From contig CAVTBV010000014.1 in the NCBI GenBank assembly GCA_963733095.1, forward strand, positions 32,001-96,000: a DNA stretch of 64,000 nt. The letters are read 5' to 3'. The notes beneath the pieces were generated by a model, which was not told the origin of the DNA, searched no databases, and saw only the letters and a list, made by a program, of their open reading frames with translations. Numbering within the stretch: the first letter of the stretch is position 1; every line of letters starts with the position of its first letter. The DNA is from Candidatus Bathyarchaeota archaeon. GTDB lineage: Archaea > Thermoproteota > Bathyarchaeia > Bathyarchaeales > Bathycorpusculaceae. The position numbers and the translations under genes are program-made. Of this stretch, positions 28,892 through 39,248 are shown piece by piece.

Positions 28892-29674
28892 ATGTCTAAA
28901 GCGAAAGTTGGCGTTTCAATGCTCTACTGTTTAGGTGAACCATTCAACCGCATGGTAAAACGTTTAGGAACGATGGATACTACGTACATTGAGATTTTGG
29001 ATGATGGTACTTATGATTTAAACAAATCACGCATCGTCGCGCTTAAAGAAGCAGCAAAATCTTTCAGTTTAGAATACTCGCTTCATGCTCCTTTTGCAGA
29101 CATCAATATTGCCTCGCCCGTTAAGCCCTTACTAAATGCTTCGCTCAAACGCCTCAAACAATCCCTCCAAAACGCATCCGCCATGGATGCTAAACTCTGG
29201 GTCTTCCATCCTGGGCAGCGCACGGGCATAGGACAATTTTATCCGGGAGCCGACTTCAAGCAAATGTGCAAAAGCATTCAAGAATTGTATGCCCTTGCAG
29301 AGGAATACGGCTTAAACATCGCTTTGGAGAATTTGCCATCAAAATACTGGTTCCTAATGAACTCACCCGAAGAGTTCAAAAAAATGTACAGAGAAACAGG
29401 CTTGCCCATCGGGATAACGTTGGATCTTGGACACGCCAACTTGGAGGGACAAATCCACCCCTTCTTTAACCAACTCGCCGACAAAATAGTCCATATTCAC
29501 GCCAGTAACAACGACGGCTCAGACGACCAACACCTCGGTGTCGAAGACGGAAACATCGACTATGACTGGTTTGCCCAAACGCTCAAAAAAATCGGTTACG
29601 ACAAAATTGTAGTCGTTGAATCCATGCATAAGGTACCCCAGAGCATCCAGAAGCTAAAGCAGCTACTCGCTTAA
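28892..29674 (+). CDS. Sugar phosphate isomerase/epimerase (AP endonuclease 2 TIM barrel)
   Basis: SLHAPF, FHPG, ALEN, LDLGHA, HIHAS, DQHL. Confidence 0.85.
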   Translation: MSKAKVGVSMLYCLGEPFNRMVKRLGTMDTTYIEILDDGTYDLNKSRIVALKEAAKSFSLEYSLHAPFADINIASPVKPLLNASLKRLKQSLQNASAMDAKLWVFHPGQRTGIGQFYPGADFKQMCKSIQELYALAEEYGLNIALENLPSKYWFLMNSPEEFKKMYRETGLPIGITLDLGHANLEGQIHPFFNQLADKIVHIHASNNDGSDDQHLGVEDGNIDYDWFAQTLKKIGYDKIVVVESMHKVPQSIQKLKQLLA

Positions 29675-30583
29675 GGGCAGTTCAAGCTCCATAAAGTCCT
29701 CGGCAAGGACCGTGTTGGGGAATTTTTTTTTTGCTTGATCCAGAAGCAGCCCTGCGTTTGGGTAACGCGCACTTATGTGGGACAAAACCAGCTGTTTTGC
29801 CTCAGCCGCCTTCGCTTGCCCAGCCGCTTGGCTAGGCGTCGAATGACCATCCACCGCGGCTTTTTCAGCTAATGAATCGTCAAAAGTGCAGTCATGAATA
29901 ACCAAATCAGCGCCCTCCGCGAATTTTGCGAAGGTTTCGAAGGGTTTGGTGTCGCCTGTGTAAACGATTTTGCGTCCAGCCCGCATTGGGCCCATCACAT
30001 CGCTTGGCTTAACCACTTTGCCATCTGCTAACGTGATTTCTTCGCCTCTCTGCAGCTTCGACCACAACTCCCCCGCCGCCACGCCAAGCTCCACCGCTTG
30101 TTTGGGGTAGAACTTGCCTGGACGTGGCTTCTCCACAAACGCAAAAGCATAGCTCTCTACGGCATGGTTTGATTTGGTTGCTATAACGCTGTATTCTTCT
30201 TCGTCGCAGATGACGCCTTCGAATAGGATTTGGTTGATTTCAACTGGGTAGTTTAAACCAAAATTGAGGGTTTCTTTGGTGCAGACCAAAAATTCCTTCA
30301 GCCCAACTGGACCATAAATCTGCACGGGCTCCTTGCGGTCCATCAACGCCATTGTCTGCAGAAGCCCGGGTAATCCAAGCACATGGTCACCATGCAGGTG
30401 AGTGATGAAAATCTTCATTTTACGGTGAAAACTGACCTTTGCGCCCATCATTTGCCGCTGTACGTTTTCGCCGCAGTCAAACATCCACTGGTCTCGAGGG
30501 CCTTGGACCACAACCGATGGCAAGCTCCGTTTTAAAGTTGGTACACTACCGCTTGTTCCCAAGAACACTACGCGAAGACTCAT
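29663..30583 (-). CDS. rnz: Ribonuclease Z
   Basis: FLGTSGSVPT, DCGE, THLHGDH, YTGDT, HST, SHISARY. Confidence 0.96.
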   Translation of the reverse strand: MSLRVVFLGTSGSVPTLKRSLPSVVVQGPRDQWMFDCGENVQRQMMGAKVSFHRKMKIFITHLHGDHVLGLPGLLQTMALMDRKEPVQIYGPVGLKEFLVCTKETLNFGLNYPVEINQILFEGVICDEEEYSVIATKSNHAVESYAFAFVEKPRPGKFYPKQAVELGVAAGELWSKLQRGEEITLADGKVVKPSDVMGPMRAGRKIVYTGDTKPFETFAKFAEGADLVIHDCTFDDSLAEKAAVDGHSTPSQAAGQAKAAEAKQLVLSHISARYPNAGLLLDQAKKKFPNTVLAEDFMELELPLSE

Positions 30584-31626
30584 GGGCTCACCTTTTCGAA
30601 TACTGCAATTTCCCGAGTTAAGGACTGGTGGATATAGGCGAAGTGGGATTCCACATGCCGATAACCCAACTTGGTTCCAAGTCGGGAGATGTTTAATGTT
30701 TTAGGTGAAGCTATACAAATCCGTTGCCCCACCCCAAGGAGCTCAAACGATGAAGCTAAAACCCCCTCAACTAACCGCTTAGTTGTTGATTTCAACGTGC
30801 TTGAAGAGCGACCATACGGTGGGTCAGTAACCACACAATCGACCTTGAAGAAAGGGGGTTTCTGCGAATCTGCCAGCACTAATCCTTCTGCATCAATGTT
30901 GAAGAAGCGCAGGTTTTTCTGTGTGCCCAAAATCATTCGCCTTTGCGCATCTACTCCGACTGCTCGGCAACCAATGAATGTGGCTTCGATGAGGGAGGTG
31001 CCTGTTCCACAGAAAGGGTCAAGCAACAGAGACTCAGCCTTTGCGTGAGCTAAATTTACCATGCAGCGCGCCATCTTCGACGGCATCGCAGAGGGGTGGA
31101 AGAAGGGTTTTTTGCGGGGACGCCGCTCAGAGAAGGTTTTGCTGGTTATATCGGTTAGTTTCAAACCTAAGATAATTTTTTCGTCCGTTATTATGCCTAT
31201 GAAGGTTTTATCTGGGTTTTTCAAGCTGACTTTACTTCCATCAGTGCCGTTCAAGATTTGCTTGCCCAACGTGCTCTCCAGAGTCATCGTGTTTAGCGCT
31301 TGGTTAGCATAGTTTTTTATACGGTTTATACGCACAACAAAGCTTTCGCCTGCTTTAAGGACGGCTTTGAAGTCTGTTTCTGACGCCGCTTTCGCGATGT
31401 CAGAAGAGTTTGCGTTTGCCACGAATAACTCTTGGGCGCAAAAACGAGTATACGCCGAGCGCACTTGGACAGCCTTAACGCAGTCCAACTCGGATTCTAA
31501 CCTCAGGATTTGGTCAAACTCTGAAGCATTAGAGTAGCTATAGCCTTCGGCTTCCAAAATCGCTTTAACTTCGGCGGCTGGCAGCGACTGGTTCTCGCCA
31601 GAAAGCAAAAAGAAGAGTTTGATCAC
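30580..31626 (-). CDS. trmG10: tRNA (guanine10-N2)-methyltransferase, THUMP + MTase (Trm11/TrmG10)
   Basis: LLSGE, RRPRKKPFFHP, DPFCGTG, TDPPYGRSS. Confidence 0.88.
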   Translation of the reverse strand: MIKLFFLLSGENQSLPAAEVKAILEAEGYSYSNASEFDQILRLESELDCVKAVQVRSAYTRFCAQELFVANANSSDIAKAASETDFKAVLKAGESFVVRINRIKNYANQALNTMTLESTLGKQILNGTDGSKVSLKNPDKTFIGIITDEKIILGLKLTDITSKTFSERRPRKKPFFHPSAMPSKMARCMVNLAHAKAESLLLDPFCGTGTSLIEATFIGCRAVGVDAQRRMILGTQKNLRFFNIDAEGLVLADSQKPPFFKVDCVVTDPPYGRSSSTLKSTTKRLVEGVLASSFELLGVGQRICIASPKTLNISRLGTKLGYRHVESHFAYIHQSLTREIAVFEKVSP

Positions 31627-32507
31627 TAATTCGCGCCTTTCAATTCTTGACTAATCAATGGTGCCAACGAAACCTTACTGACGTTTCCCGGAACACTGTC
31701 GGTACCCACTATTTCCTCAACGCCTGCATCCAAAATGCGCTTCTCCGCATCGCCAATCAGCAAGCCATGCACGCAGCCACAGAAAACATGTTTAGCTCCT
31801 TGTTCTATGAGGATTTTTGCTGCTCCAACGATGGTGCCGCCTGTGCTGATGATGTCGTCGAGGATTATGACGGTTTGGTCTTTCACGTTTAAGCCCTCGG
31901 CGGTTTGAACCGTTTGTCCTGTGTAGCGGTCGCGAGTTTTATTGAGATGCCCCACGTCACCTCCTAAAACCGCCTGCGCTTGTTTTGCTATGTACATTGC
32001 GCCTTTGTCTGGGGACAGTGCGTATGCGCCTTTGTGGGCTTTTTTGACGAAATATTCTGCTATGAGTGGGATGGCGCTTAGGGTTTTGGCCGGAAATGGA
32101 AACTGCGCCAGAGTCGGTTCAGAGTGAATGTTAACGGTTAGGAACTGGTCGATTCCTGCAGCTTTAAGCATGCGCGCGATGGTTTCAACGCTTATGCCCT
32201 CGCCTGAGAGGAACATTTTGTCTTGACGGGCATACGCCAAGTAGGGCACTACAGCGGTGACTTTCCTTGCGCCCGCACGCTTAGCCGAATCAGATAGGAA
32301 TGCTAACTGGAAAAGCCTGCCATCTTGCATGGGTGGACACGTGGTTTGAACAATCGCAACGTCTTCGCCTTGAACATTGCCATCTAAACGCACATACGAT
32401 TCTCCATCAGGAAAAACCTTTGAAACAACAGGAACATTTGGAAAACCAGTTTGTGCTGAAACTGCTTCAGCAAGCTCTTTTGACGCTGGACCAGAGATAA
32501 TCTTCAT
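31626..32507 (-). CDS. prs: Ribose-phosphate pyrophosphokinase
   Basis: FPDGESYVR, PYLAYARQD, SPDKGA, DDIISTGGT. Confidence 0.96.
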   Translation of the reverse strand: MKIISGPASKELAEAVSAQTGFPNVPVVSKVFPDGESYVRLDGNVQGEDVAIVQTTCPPMQDGRLFQLAFLSDSAKRAGARKVTAVVPYLAYARQDKMFLSGEGISVETIARMLKAAGIDQFLTVNIHSEPTLAQFPFPAKTLSAIPLIAEYFVKKAHKGAYALSPDKGAMYIAKQAQAVLGGDVGHLNKTRDRYTGQTVQTAEGLNVKDQTVIILDDIISTGGTIVGAAKILIEQGAKHVFCGCVHGLLIGDAEKRILDAGVEEIVGTDSVPGNVSKVSLAPLISQELKGAN

Positions 32508-32662
32508 GTTATTTTTTTCCTCTCTTCTTAGAGATGCAGTTGCTTAGTTTTTAAGCATTTATCTATTCCTCAAGCGAGCGTTACTTTTACTTCAAAAAGT
32601 CTACTATTGCATAACAGTTTTAAGTCCTACCACAATTTTTCATAAGAAAAGGATTGACCTGC

Positions 32663-33448
32663 ATGGATACTTGGCGTTTACTTCCATTAGAAACTAATAA
32701 TGCGTTCATGAACATGGCGATTGACGAAGCAATCTTGAATGCGAGAATAGCCGGGCAGGCACCGAATACGTTGCGGTTTTATCGTTGGCAACCCTCCGCT
32801 GTGAGCATTGGAAAGAACCAGAATCCTGAGAATGAACTTTACCTTGACGCTTGTAAACAGCAGGGCATTGATGTGGTTCGGCGAGTTAGCGGCGGCGGCA
32901 CCGTTTACCATGATTTCGAAGGTGAGGTCACCTACAGCGTAACCGCCCAAACCGCAGTTTTCGGCACAGGCGACATAACGGCTGTTTACTTCAAGATTTA
33001 CGAGGCAATAACTGATGCGCTCCGTCTCTTGGGTGTTCCAGCCGATTTTAGCAGCGGAGACGCCAAAAACTGCCCAAACCTAACTGTTAAGGGCAAAAAA
33101 ATTTCGGGAAGCAGCCAAACCATTACCCGCGGTGTCGTTCTTCAACATGGCACAATACTGCGCAGTGTAGATTTACCCAAAATGTTTACGCTCCTAAAGC
33201 TCAAAGACGCATCCTGCACCCAAGCCGCCGACATCGCCAAACGCAAAATCACAAGCATCCAAAACGAATTAGGGCACCAAATCTCTCCCGAAACTATAGC
33301 TAACGCTCTTGCCCAAGGTTTCAAAGCAATCCTCAAAATTCAACTCGAACCAAACGAATTAACCCAGACTGAAAGAGAAACGGCAAACAAACTATACAAA
33401 CAAAAATACATAACAAAAGAATGGACTTTCAGCGGAAAAACCGCTTAA
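32663..33448 (+). CDS. Lipoate-protein ligase A / octanoyltransferase family
   Basis: NMAIDEA, LRFYRW, VVRRVSGGGTVYHD, KKISGS, QHGT. Confidence 0.92.
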   Translation: MDTWRLLPLETNNAFMNMAIDEAILNARIAGQAPNTLRFYRWQPSAVSIGKNQNPENELYLDACKQQGIDVVRRVSGGGTVYHDFEGEVTYSVTAQTAVFGTGDITAVYFKIYEAITDALRLLGVPADFSSGDAKNCPNLTVKGKKISGSSQTITRGVVLQHGTILRSVDLPKMFTLLKLKDASCTQAADIAKRKITSIQNELGHQISPETIANALAQGFKAILKIQLEPNELTQTERETANKLYKQKYITKEWTFSGKTA

Positions 33449-34863
33449 GCCTTATGCCAACGTACGCCCTGCGCGGTATCTTCAAGCACGATGCCCATGG
33501 CTTTGAGTTGGGCTCGGATTGCGTCTGCTTCTTTCCAGTTTTTGGCTTTTCGGGCTTCCTCACGCTTCTGTACTAAAGCGTCAATATCTGAGGGCAATGC
33601 TTCCTCGACTTCTACTTTGCCGATGACACCTAGGGCTTCGTCCATGCGCATCATTAAGCCGCCGACTTCTGCTGCTTCCTGTTTGCTGACCAAGTTGGCA
33701 TCGAGTAGACTGTTGATTTCTCGGACAAAATCAAACAGCGATGAAAGCGCTATGCCGATGTTTAAGTCGTCGTCCATGGAGCCGCCGAAACATGCTTCAA
33801 GCTTAGCGGTTAAGGTGGCGACTTTTCCTGTGGCTGTTGTACCCTCAACTTCATGCAAGCGGCGCACAAAGTTACGCAGTCTTTCAACTGCAGCTTTTGA
33901 GGCTTCCAATCCTTCGAAGGTGAAGTTGAATTGCTGCCGATAATGCGTCGACATCAACAGGTAACGGATGACGATTGTGTCATAGCCTTTGGCTAAGAGG
34001 TCGCGGAGCGTGTAAAAGTTGCCGAAGCGTTTCGACATTTTCTTGCCTTCAACTTGCAGGTGCTCGTTATGCATCCAGTAGTTGACGAATTTCTTGCCTG
34101 TCGCAGCTTCAGATTGGGCAATTTCGTTTTCATGGTGGGGGAACATGTTGTCGACGCCTCCACAGTGGATATCGAAGGTTTCGCCAAGATATTTCATGCT
34201 CATGGCGGAGCATTCGATGTGCCAGCCGGGGCGTCCCTTGCCCAACTCTGTCTCCCAATAAACATCGCCGTCTTCGGGAGTCCATGCTTTCCAGAGGGCG
34301 AAGTCTTGGGCTTCTTCTTTGGCGTATTCGTCTTGGCTGACGCGTGCGCCAGCTTTGAGTTCGCCGACTTTGATGTGGGACAGTTTACCGTAGTCTGGGA
34401 ACTTGCAGACGGAGAAGTAGATGGAGCCGTCTTCACCTTTGTAAGCGATGCCTTTAGTGATTAATGTCTTGATTAGCGCGACCATTTCTGGGATGTGGTC
34501 GGTAGCTTTGGGGTACACTTCTGCGGGTTCTATGTTTAGAGCTTTGATATCCTCAAAGAATGCTTTCACATAGAAATCTGTGAACTGACGAAGCGGCACA
34601 CCCTCATTTTGGCTGCCCTTAATCGTTTTATCATCAATATCTGTCAAGTTCATTACATGGGTAACTTTAAAGCCCCGCTGCACCAGCCAACGCTTAAGCA
34701 AATCCTCAAACAGAAAAGCCCGAAAATTCCCAATATGTGCAAAATCATAAACTGTGGGACCGCAAGTGTACATTTTCACATTATCCGCTTCTAACGGATT
34801 AAAAACCTCTTTTTTACGTGTTAAGGTGTTAAAAAAACAGATTCTCGACTGCGTGGATGTCAC
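33445..34863 (-). CDS. cysS: Cysteine--tRNA ligase
   Basis: [34 protein letters not shown]. Confidence 0.98.
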   Translation of the reverse strand: MTSTQSRICFFNTLTRKKEVFNPLEADNVKMYTCGPTVYDFAHIGNFRAFLFEDLLKRWLVQRGFKVTHVMNLTDIDDKTIKGSQNEGVPLRQFTDFYVKAFFEDIKALNIEPAEVYPKATDHIPEMVALIKTLITKGIAYKGEDGSIYFSVCKFPDYGKLSHIKVGELKAGARVSQDEYAKEEAQDFALWKAWTPEDGDVYWETELGKGRPGWHIECSAMSMKYLGETFDIHCGGVDNMFPHHENEIAQSEAATGKKFVNYWMHNEHLQVEGKKMSKRFGNFYTLRDLLAKGYDTIVIRYLLMSTHYRQQFNFTFEGLEASKAAVERLRNFVRRLHEVEGTTATGKVATLTAKLEACFGGSMDDDLNIGIALSSLFDFVREINSLLDANLVSKQEAAEVGGLMMRMDEALGVIGKVEVEEALPSDIDALVQKREEARKAKNWKEADAIRAQLKAMGIVLEDTAQGVRWHKA

Positions 34864-35151
34864 TTTCTCAGCTCGAACAAAATACGGAGCCGAAATTATT
34901 TAAGCATTCCAGTGGGTGCGGGGGCACGCGTGCGTGGGAGAGAGTAAGAGTACGAGCGTGCGTTTGTGAGTTCAGGGAGAGAGAGAGAGAAAGATTTGGA
35001 TCCTATTAGGAACTCATTGCAGAAACTTATAGGGGGTAGGCAAGTTCTCTAAAGGGGGCAGACCAGCATTAGTTGAAAACAAGCGTATTAGGATGTTTAA
35101 ATTCAGAATTATCAGTTTGGCGCTTCAAGTAGAAAAGGTGTGTTGTGGGTT

Positions 35152-36447
35152 TTAGCTTTGCAATAGTTCTCCTTTAAGGTATGTTGCTGAAGCCTCGACA
35201 ACTTTGACTTTCAGAGTTTTGCCCAGCAAGCTAATCGTACTTTTCAATACGATAGGTTTGTAGGCAAAGTTGCGTCCCACCCACGAACCATCCACTTTGC
35301 CCTTCTCATCAACCAGCACTTCACCACTCCAGCCGACCCAACGCAGATTCCGCTCAGCCGAAAGCCGCTTCACCAACTCCGACGCAACGGTGCTTCTGCG
35401 TTTAGTTTCTTCTTTATCCACCAACCCGTCATTTATTTTGGCAGCCACAGTTTTGGGTCGAGCAAAAAACTTGGAAACATTAACCACATCAGGCTTAATT
35501 ATCTCCAAAAGCCTAAGCGTATTATCAAAAGCCTCTTCGGTTTCGCCTGGAAAACCAACGATTACATCTGTTGCTAACGTTAGTTGGACGAATTCGTTTC
35601 TGAAAGCGTTCACTATTCCCTTAAACTCTTCAGCAGTATAGAATCTGCGCATGTGCTGGAGCACTGTGTCATCGCCGCTTTGGACAGGCAAATGTAAAAA
35701 CTTGAAAATTTTAGGGTTATCAAACGCTGTTATGAGTCGGGTTTGCATTTCGGTAACCAAGTTGGGGGTCATCATGCCTACTCTGACGTGGAAATCCCCC
35801 GTTAAACCTCCCAGCGCCGTCAGTAGCTCTGCAATGTCTTTTCCCAAATCTCGTCCATAAGCGGCGGTGTCCTGCGAGGTAATCCAGAACTCTTTGAAAC
35901 CAGCATTATAATCGCTTTGCACTCGCTCGGTTACTTCTTTGATGCTGTAGCTTCGTAGGTGTCCGCGGGCGAAAACGACGCAGCAGTAAGAACAGGAGCC
36001 TAAACACCCAAAATTTATCGGCACAATGCTTACCACTGGATTCGAATCCTGTCTTGGCAGGTTCAGTAGCGGCTTCTCTTTGACCGGAGCCAACTCAATT
36101 ACGTTCTCGCCAGCTAGAACGCGGTTTGCCACATTGACGATTTCTTTTCCGACTGCGGGACCAACAGCTCCGTCAAAGTGAGCTTCGAGGCATAGGCGTT
36201 CAAAACTAATTTTGGGTAGGCAGCCTGCGATTATGATTTTTTTGTTTTGTGGGGCTTGTTTTAGGGCTGCTATTATGCGGTTTTCTGTGGGTCCTTTGAC
36301 TGCGCAGGTGTTGTAGATGAGTAGGTCTGCTTCGGGTTCTGATTTTGCTATTTGGTATCCAGCCTTGGCTAGGCAACCTGCTAAGACCTCGCCGTCTGCT
36401 ATGTTGGAGGAGCAGCCGAAGTTTTTTATGAAAACCCGCATGACCAT
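35152..36447 (-). CDS. tRNA t6A37 methylthiotransferase (archaeal MtaB/e-MtaB type)
   Basis: FGCSSN, NTCAVK, GCLP, CLGSCSYC, HLPVQSG, IVGFPGET, C-terminal TRAM. Confidence 0.92.
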   Translation of the reverse strand: MVMRVFIKNFGCSSNIADGEVLAGCLAKAGYQIAKSEPEADLLIYNTCAVKGPTENRIIAALKQAPQNKKIIIAGCLPKISFERLCLEAHFDGAVGPAVGKEIVNVANRVLAGENVIELAPVKEKPLLNLPRQDSNPVVSIVPINFGCLGSCSYCCVVFARGHLRSYSIKEVTERVQSDYNAGFKEFWITSQDTAAYGRDLGKDIAELLTALGGLTGDFHVRVGMMTPNLVTEMQTRLITAFDNPKIFKFLHLPVQSGDDTVLQHMRRFYTAEEFKGIVNAFRNEFVQLTLATDVIVGFPGETEEAFDNTLRLLEIIKPDVVNVSKFFARPKTVAAKINDGLVDKEETKRRSTVASELVKRLSAERNLRWVGWSGEVLVDEKGKVDGSWVGRNFAYKPIVLKSTISLLGKTLKVKVVEASATYLKGELLQS

Positions 36448-36656
36448 GTTATATCGTTCGTTAGTTGCTTCAACAAGGAATAAAAACGTAATCCTTTGTG
36501 TGTCTGAATTGACACTTACTTGCTTCAACCATGATTCTCTATTTATAAAGGGGTGGAACGAACATGTTTAGAGCATATTTGCCACATAATATATAGAAGT
36601 ATAACCAAGAATACATGCTTTAGTTATCTGCCCACCAGTTACGGGAGAAAATCCTG

Positions 36657-36812
36657 ATGAAACTAATCACTCTGTATCTGCCTGAAACGTATATAAAAGC
36701 TTTGGACCAGTTGGTAGACGAAAGATTCTATCCAAACCGAGCCGAAGCCATCCGAGTAGCAATTCGAGATTTAATCAGTGCTGAAGTTTGGAGGCGAAAA
36801 GGCATTGACTAA
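36657..36812 (+). CDS. Ribbon-helix-helix regulator, CdrS-like
   Basis: Not in ORF track; MKLITLYLPETYIKALDQLVDERFYPNRAEAIRVAIRDLI (PNRxEAIRxAxRD signature); GGGAG upstream. Confidence 0.85.
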   Translation: MKLITLYLPETYIKALDQLVDERFYPNRAEAIRVAIRDLISAEVWRRKGID

Positions 36813-37092
36813 AAACCTGCACGAAGACGCTCTAAAATCCCACTTAACAGCCCTTGACCCAAAGATTGAAGTTGTTCCAAGCCTAATGACCAACAACCTG
36901 GCTATTGGCGCATCCAATCTCATATCCAAACCTAAAAACAAAATGAAAACAAGGATGGTTAAAGCTAAAGTGACAACTAAAAAAAGCCGCTTAGAAAAAG
37001 CCACCAGCCACCTCTACGACTTAGAAGACAGCTGCGGACCCGAAAAAACGTTGAACATCGATTTCGGGCTCTACCAAATGGAAGACTACTAA
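36805..37092 (+). CDS. Short hypothetical protein translationally coupled to the RHH gene
   Basis: TTG start overlapping the RHH 3' end after GGAGG; ends LYDLEDSCGPEKTLNIDFGLYQMEDY. Confidence 0.55.
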   Translation: MTKNLHEDALKSHLTALDPKIEVVPSLMTNNLAIGASNLISKPKNKMKTRMVKAKVTTKKSRLEKATSHLYDLEDSCGPEKTLNIDFGLYQMEDY

Positions 37093-37175
37093 GCCTTCCT
37101 TTCCAAATTTTTGATTTAAGTTTTTAGTGTCTTGTTGGAAAAAGCTATTATTCCCAAAGAACCGATTTCTTCTAC

Positions 37176-37886
37176 ATGAATAGTATCTTGGCTCAAATCA
37201 GAGTAGACCTTAAAGCTGCAGTAGATGAAAAGACTCAAAAAAGCTTTCGGCGTTTCTTCAAAGAACAAGTAAAATACTACGGCGTCAAGACTGAGACCGT
37301 GGGCAAAATCGCTAAAAAACACTGGAGTCAAGTTAAGACTTTAGATAAGCAATCTATTTTTAAGCTTTGTGAAGAGCTTTTTTGTTCCGATTACACAGAA
37401 GAAGCCTTCATTGTTTCCTTCTGGTTACCCAACTACATCCAGCAACTTGAACCGGGCGATTTGAGAGCCTTCAAGGGATGGATTGAATGCTACATTAACA
37501 ATTGGGCTAAATGCGACGGCTTCTGCAACCACACCATCGGCGACCTAATCCAAAAGCACCCAGAAGCAATAAGCGAAGTGAAGAGTTGGGCTAAAAGTGA
37601 GAACCGCTGGCTTAAACGTGCTTCGGCTGTATCTTTGATAGTTCCTGCCAAAAAAGGCTTGTTTCTGCAGGATGCTTTCGAAATCTGCGATATACTCTTG
37701 GTAGATGGGGATGATATGGTGCAGAAGGGTTATGGGTGGTTGCTTAAAGAGGAAAGCCGAAAACACCAAAAAGAAGTTTTCGACTATGTCATTAAGAACC
37801 GCAAGGTCATGCCGCGAACTGCATTGCGGTATGCTATAGAGTTGATGCCAAAAGAATTCAAAGATGAAGCCATGAAAAAAGATTAG
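37176..37886 (+). CDS. DNA alkylation repair protein (AlkD-like HEAT-repeat glycosylase)
   Basis: NNWAKCD, WAKSENRWLKR, DMVQKGYGWLLKE, MPRTALRYAIE. Confidence 0.9.
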   Translation: MNSILAQIRVDLKAAVDEKTQKSFRRFFKEQVKYYGVKTETVGKIAKKHWSQVKTLDKQSIFKLCEELFCSDYTEEAFIVSFWLPNYIQQLEPGDLRAFKGWIECYINNWAKCDGFCNHTIGDLIQKHPEAISEVKSWAKSENRWLKRASAVSLIVPAKKGLFLQDAFEICDILLVDGDDMVQKGYGWLLKEESRKHQKEVFDYVIKNRKVMPRTALRYAIELMPKEFKDEAMKKD

Positions 37887-37923
37887 ACATTTTGAAATAG
37901 AATTTATGTCTATTTCTACTCTT

Positions 37924-38949
37924 TTATTGTTTCTTAGCCTTTTTTATAGTAGCTGCATGGCCAACTCTTAGTTTTTCGATATCTGCTCTCTGGGGTGGCT
38001 CAACTGTTATGGTTTTGTTTAGTGTTTCCTGTCCAAATTTAACGGTGACTTTTCCAGATCTAGCATCCGAATAAGAAGCGGTTAATTTAGCAGCCGTTTC
38101 AATCGCAACCTTAGTTTTAGGTCCTTGCAAAAGGGTTGTTGGTCCAACGATGTCTGAGAGTTCAAGAAGATAATCGCTTTTTATTTTGTTAGCTAATAAA
38201 AACTTGTTTTCTGCCTCGTTTCTACCAACTATTATTTTGTTTTTGCCAAGCCTAAAGTGCCTGCCTACCCGCAGCAAGGCTACATCTGCCATGGATATGC
38301 GTTTCTTGTTTTCGAAGAGGTCCAGCAGTTTTTTTGAATATTCCTCACATGTGAGTAGGCAGCCGCCTGCTGGTGAGGGAAAAACGGTAATTCCGTATTC
38401 TTTTGCGAGCTTAAACTGAGGCTTGCGCGACCTACCCTGAATGCTGAGCAGCTTGTTTCGGTCAACGAACCCTTTTTTTTCTGCAACCGTTTCAGGTAGC
38501 AACTTCGCTGATAGCGGCCTCAAAAGTTTTCCTTTTAACCCTGATTCTTCAGCAATAGTCTTCAAGGCTGGTCCATGCTGAGACATGGGTCGTTCACCCA
38601 AAACTTCGCCTGTAAAGATAAAGTCTGCGCCGATTTCTTTGGCGTATTTTTTTGCTTTTTTTAAGATGAAAATTTTGCAGTCGACACAGGGGTTTAGGTT
38701 TTTGCCATAACCGTGCTTTGGTTTTCGTAACATACGCAAATAATCTTGTTCAACACATAGCATTTTTAGCGGCACTTTAAGTTGCTCTGCGGCTTGAGTG
38801 GCTTCACTTGACCCATCTTTTTTAGGGATGCCGAAGGGAGTTTTTACGTTGAAAGTTATCACTTCGATGCCTTGCCGTCGAATGAGTTCTGTGGCAAGAA
38901 TGCTGTCTAAGCCGCCTGAAAGCAAACTTATGGCTTTAACACGGGTCAT
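37924..38949 (-). CDS. ThiI/MnmA-related PP-loop tRNA sulfurtransferase-like protein
   Basis: LSGGLDS, NPCVDC, TGEVLGERPMSQ, LLRPLSAK, PAGGCLLT, VGRHFR. Confidence 0.85.
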   Translation of the reverse strand: MTRVKAISLLSGGLDSILATELIRRQGIEVITFNVKTPFGIPKKDGSSEATQAAEQLKVPLKMLCVEQDYLRMLRKPKHGYGKNLNPCVDCKIFILKKAKKYAKEIGADFIFTGEVLGERPMSQHGPALKTIAEESGLKGKLLRPLSAKLLPETVAEKKGFVDRNKLLSIQGRSRKPQFKLAKEYGITVFPSPAGGCLLTCEEYSKKLLDLFENKKRISMADVALLRVGRHFRLGKNKIIVGRNEAENKFLLANKIKSDYLLELSDIVGPTTLLQGPKTKVAIETAAKLTASYSDARSGKVTVKFGQETLNKTITVEPPQRADIEKLRVGHAATIKKAKKQ

Positions 38950-39248
38950 AACGCTGCTATATTTCAGCAAGGCAAAATAATAATGTACCGATGCAAAGAA
39001 AGAAAAATAGCTGAAAATTGTAAGAGGCGATACACCAATATGTGGCACAAAAAAAGTTGCCAATAACATTGAGCAAAAAATAAAAATAACAGAAATTTGC
39101 AAAAGAATACCAGATGTGCAGCTAATTTTTTGTTAAGATCGTTTCGCTACTTAGTGAAGGCAAGTTGGCAAAAACAAATAAAAGCCATAAAACCTAAGGC
39201 TGAAACCAGCAAACAAACAAGCACTTTTGGAGGAGAGAGCAGACAAGA

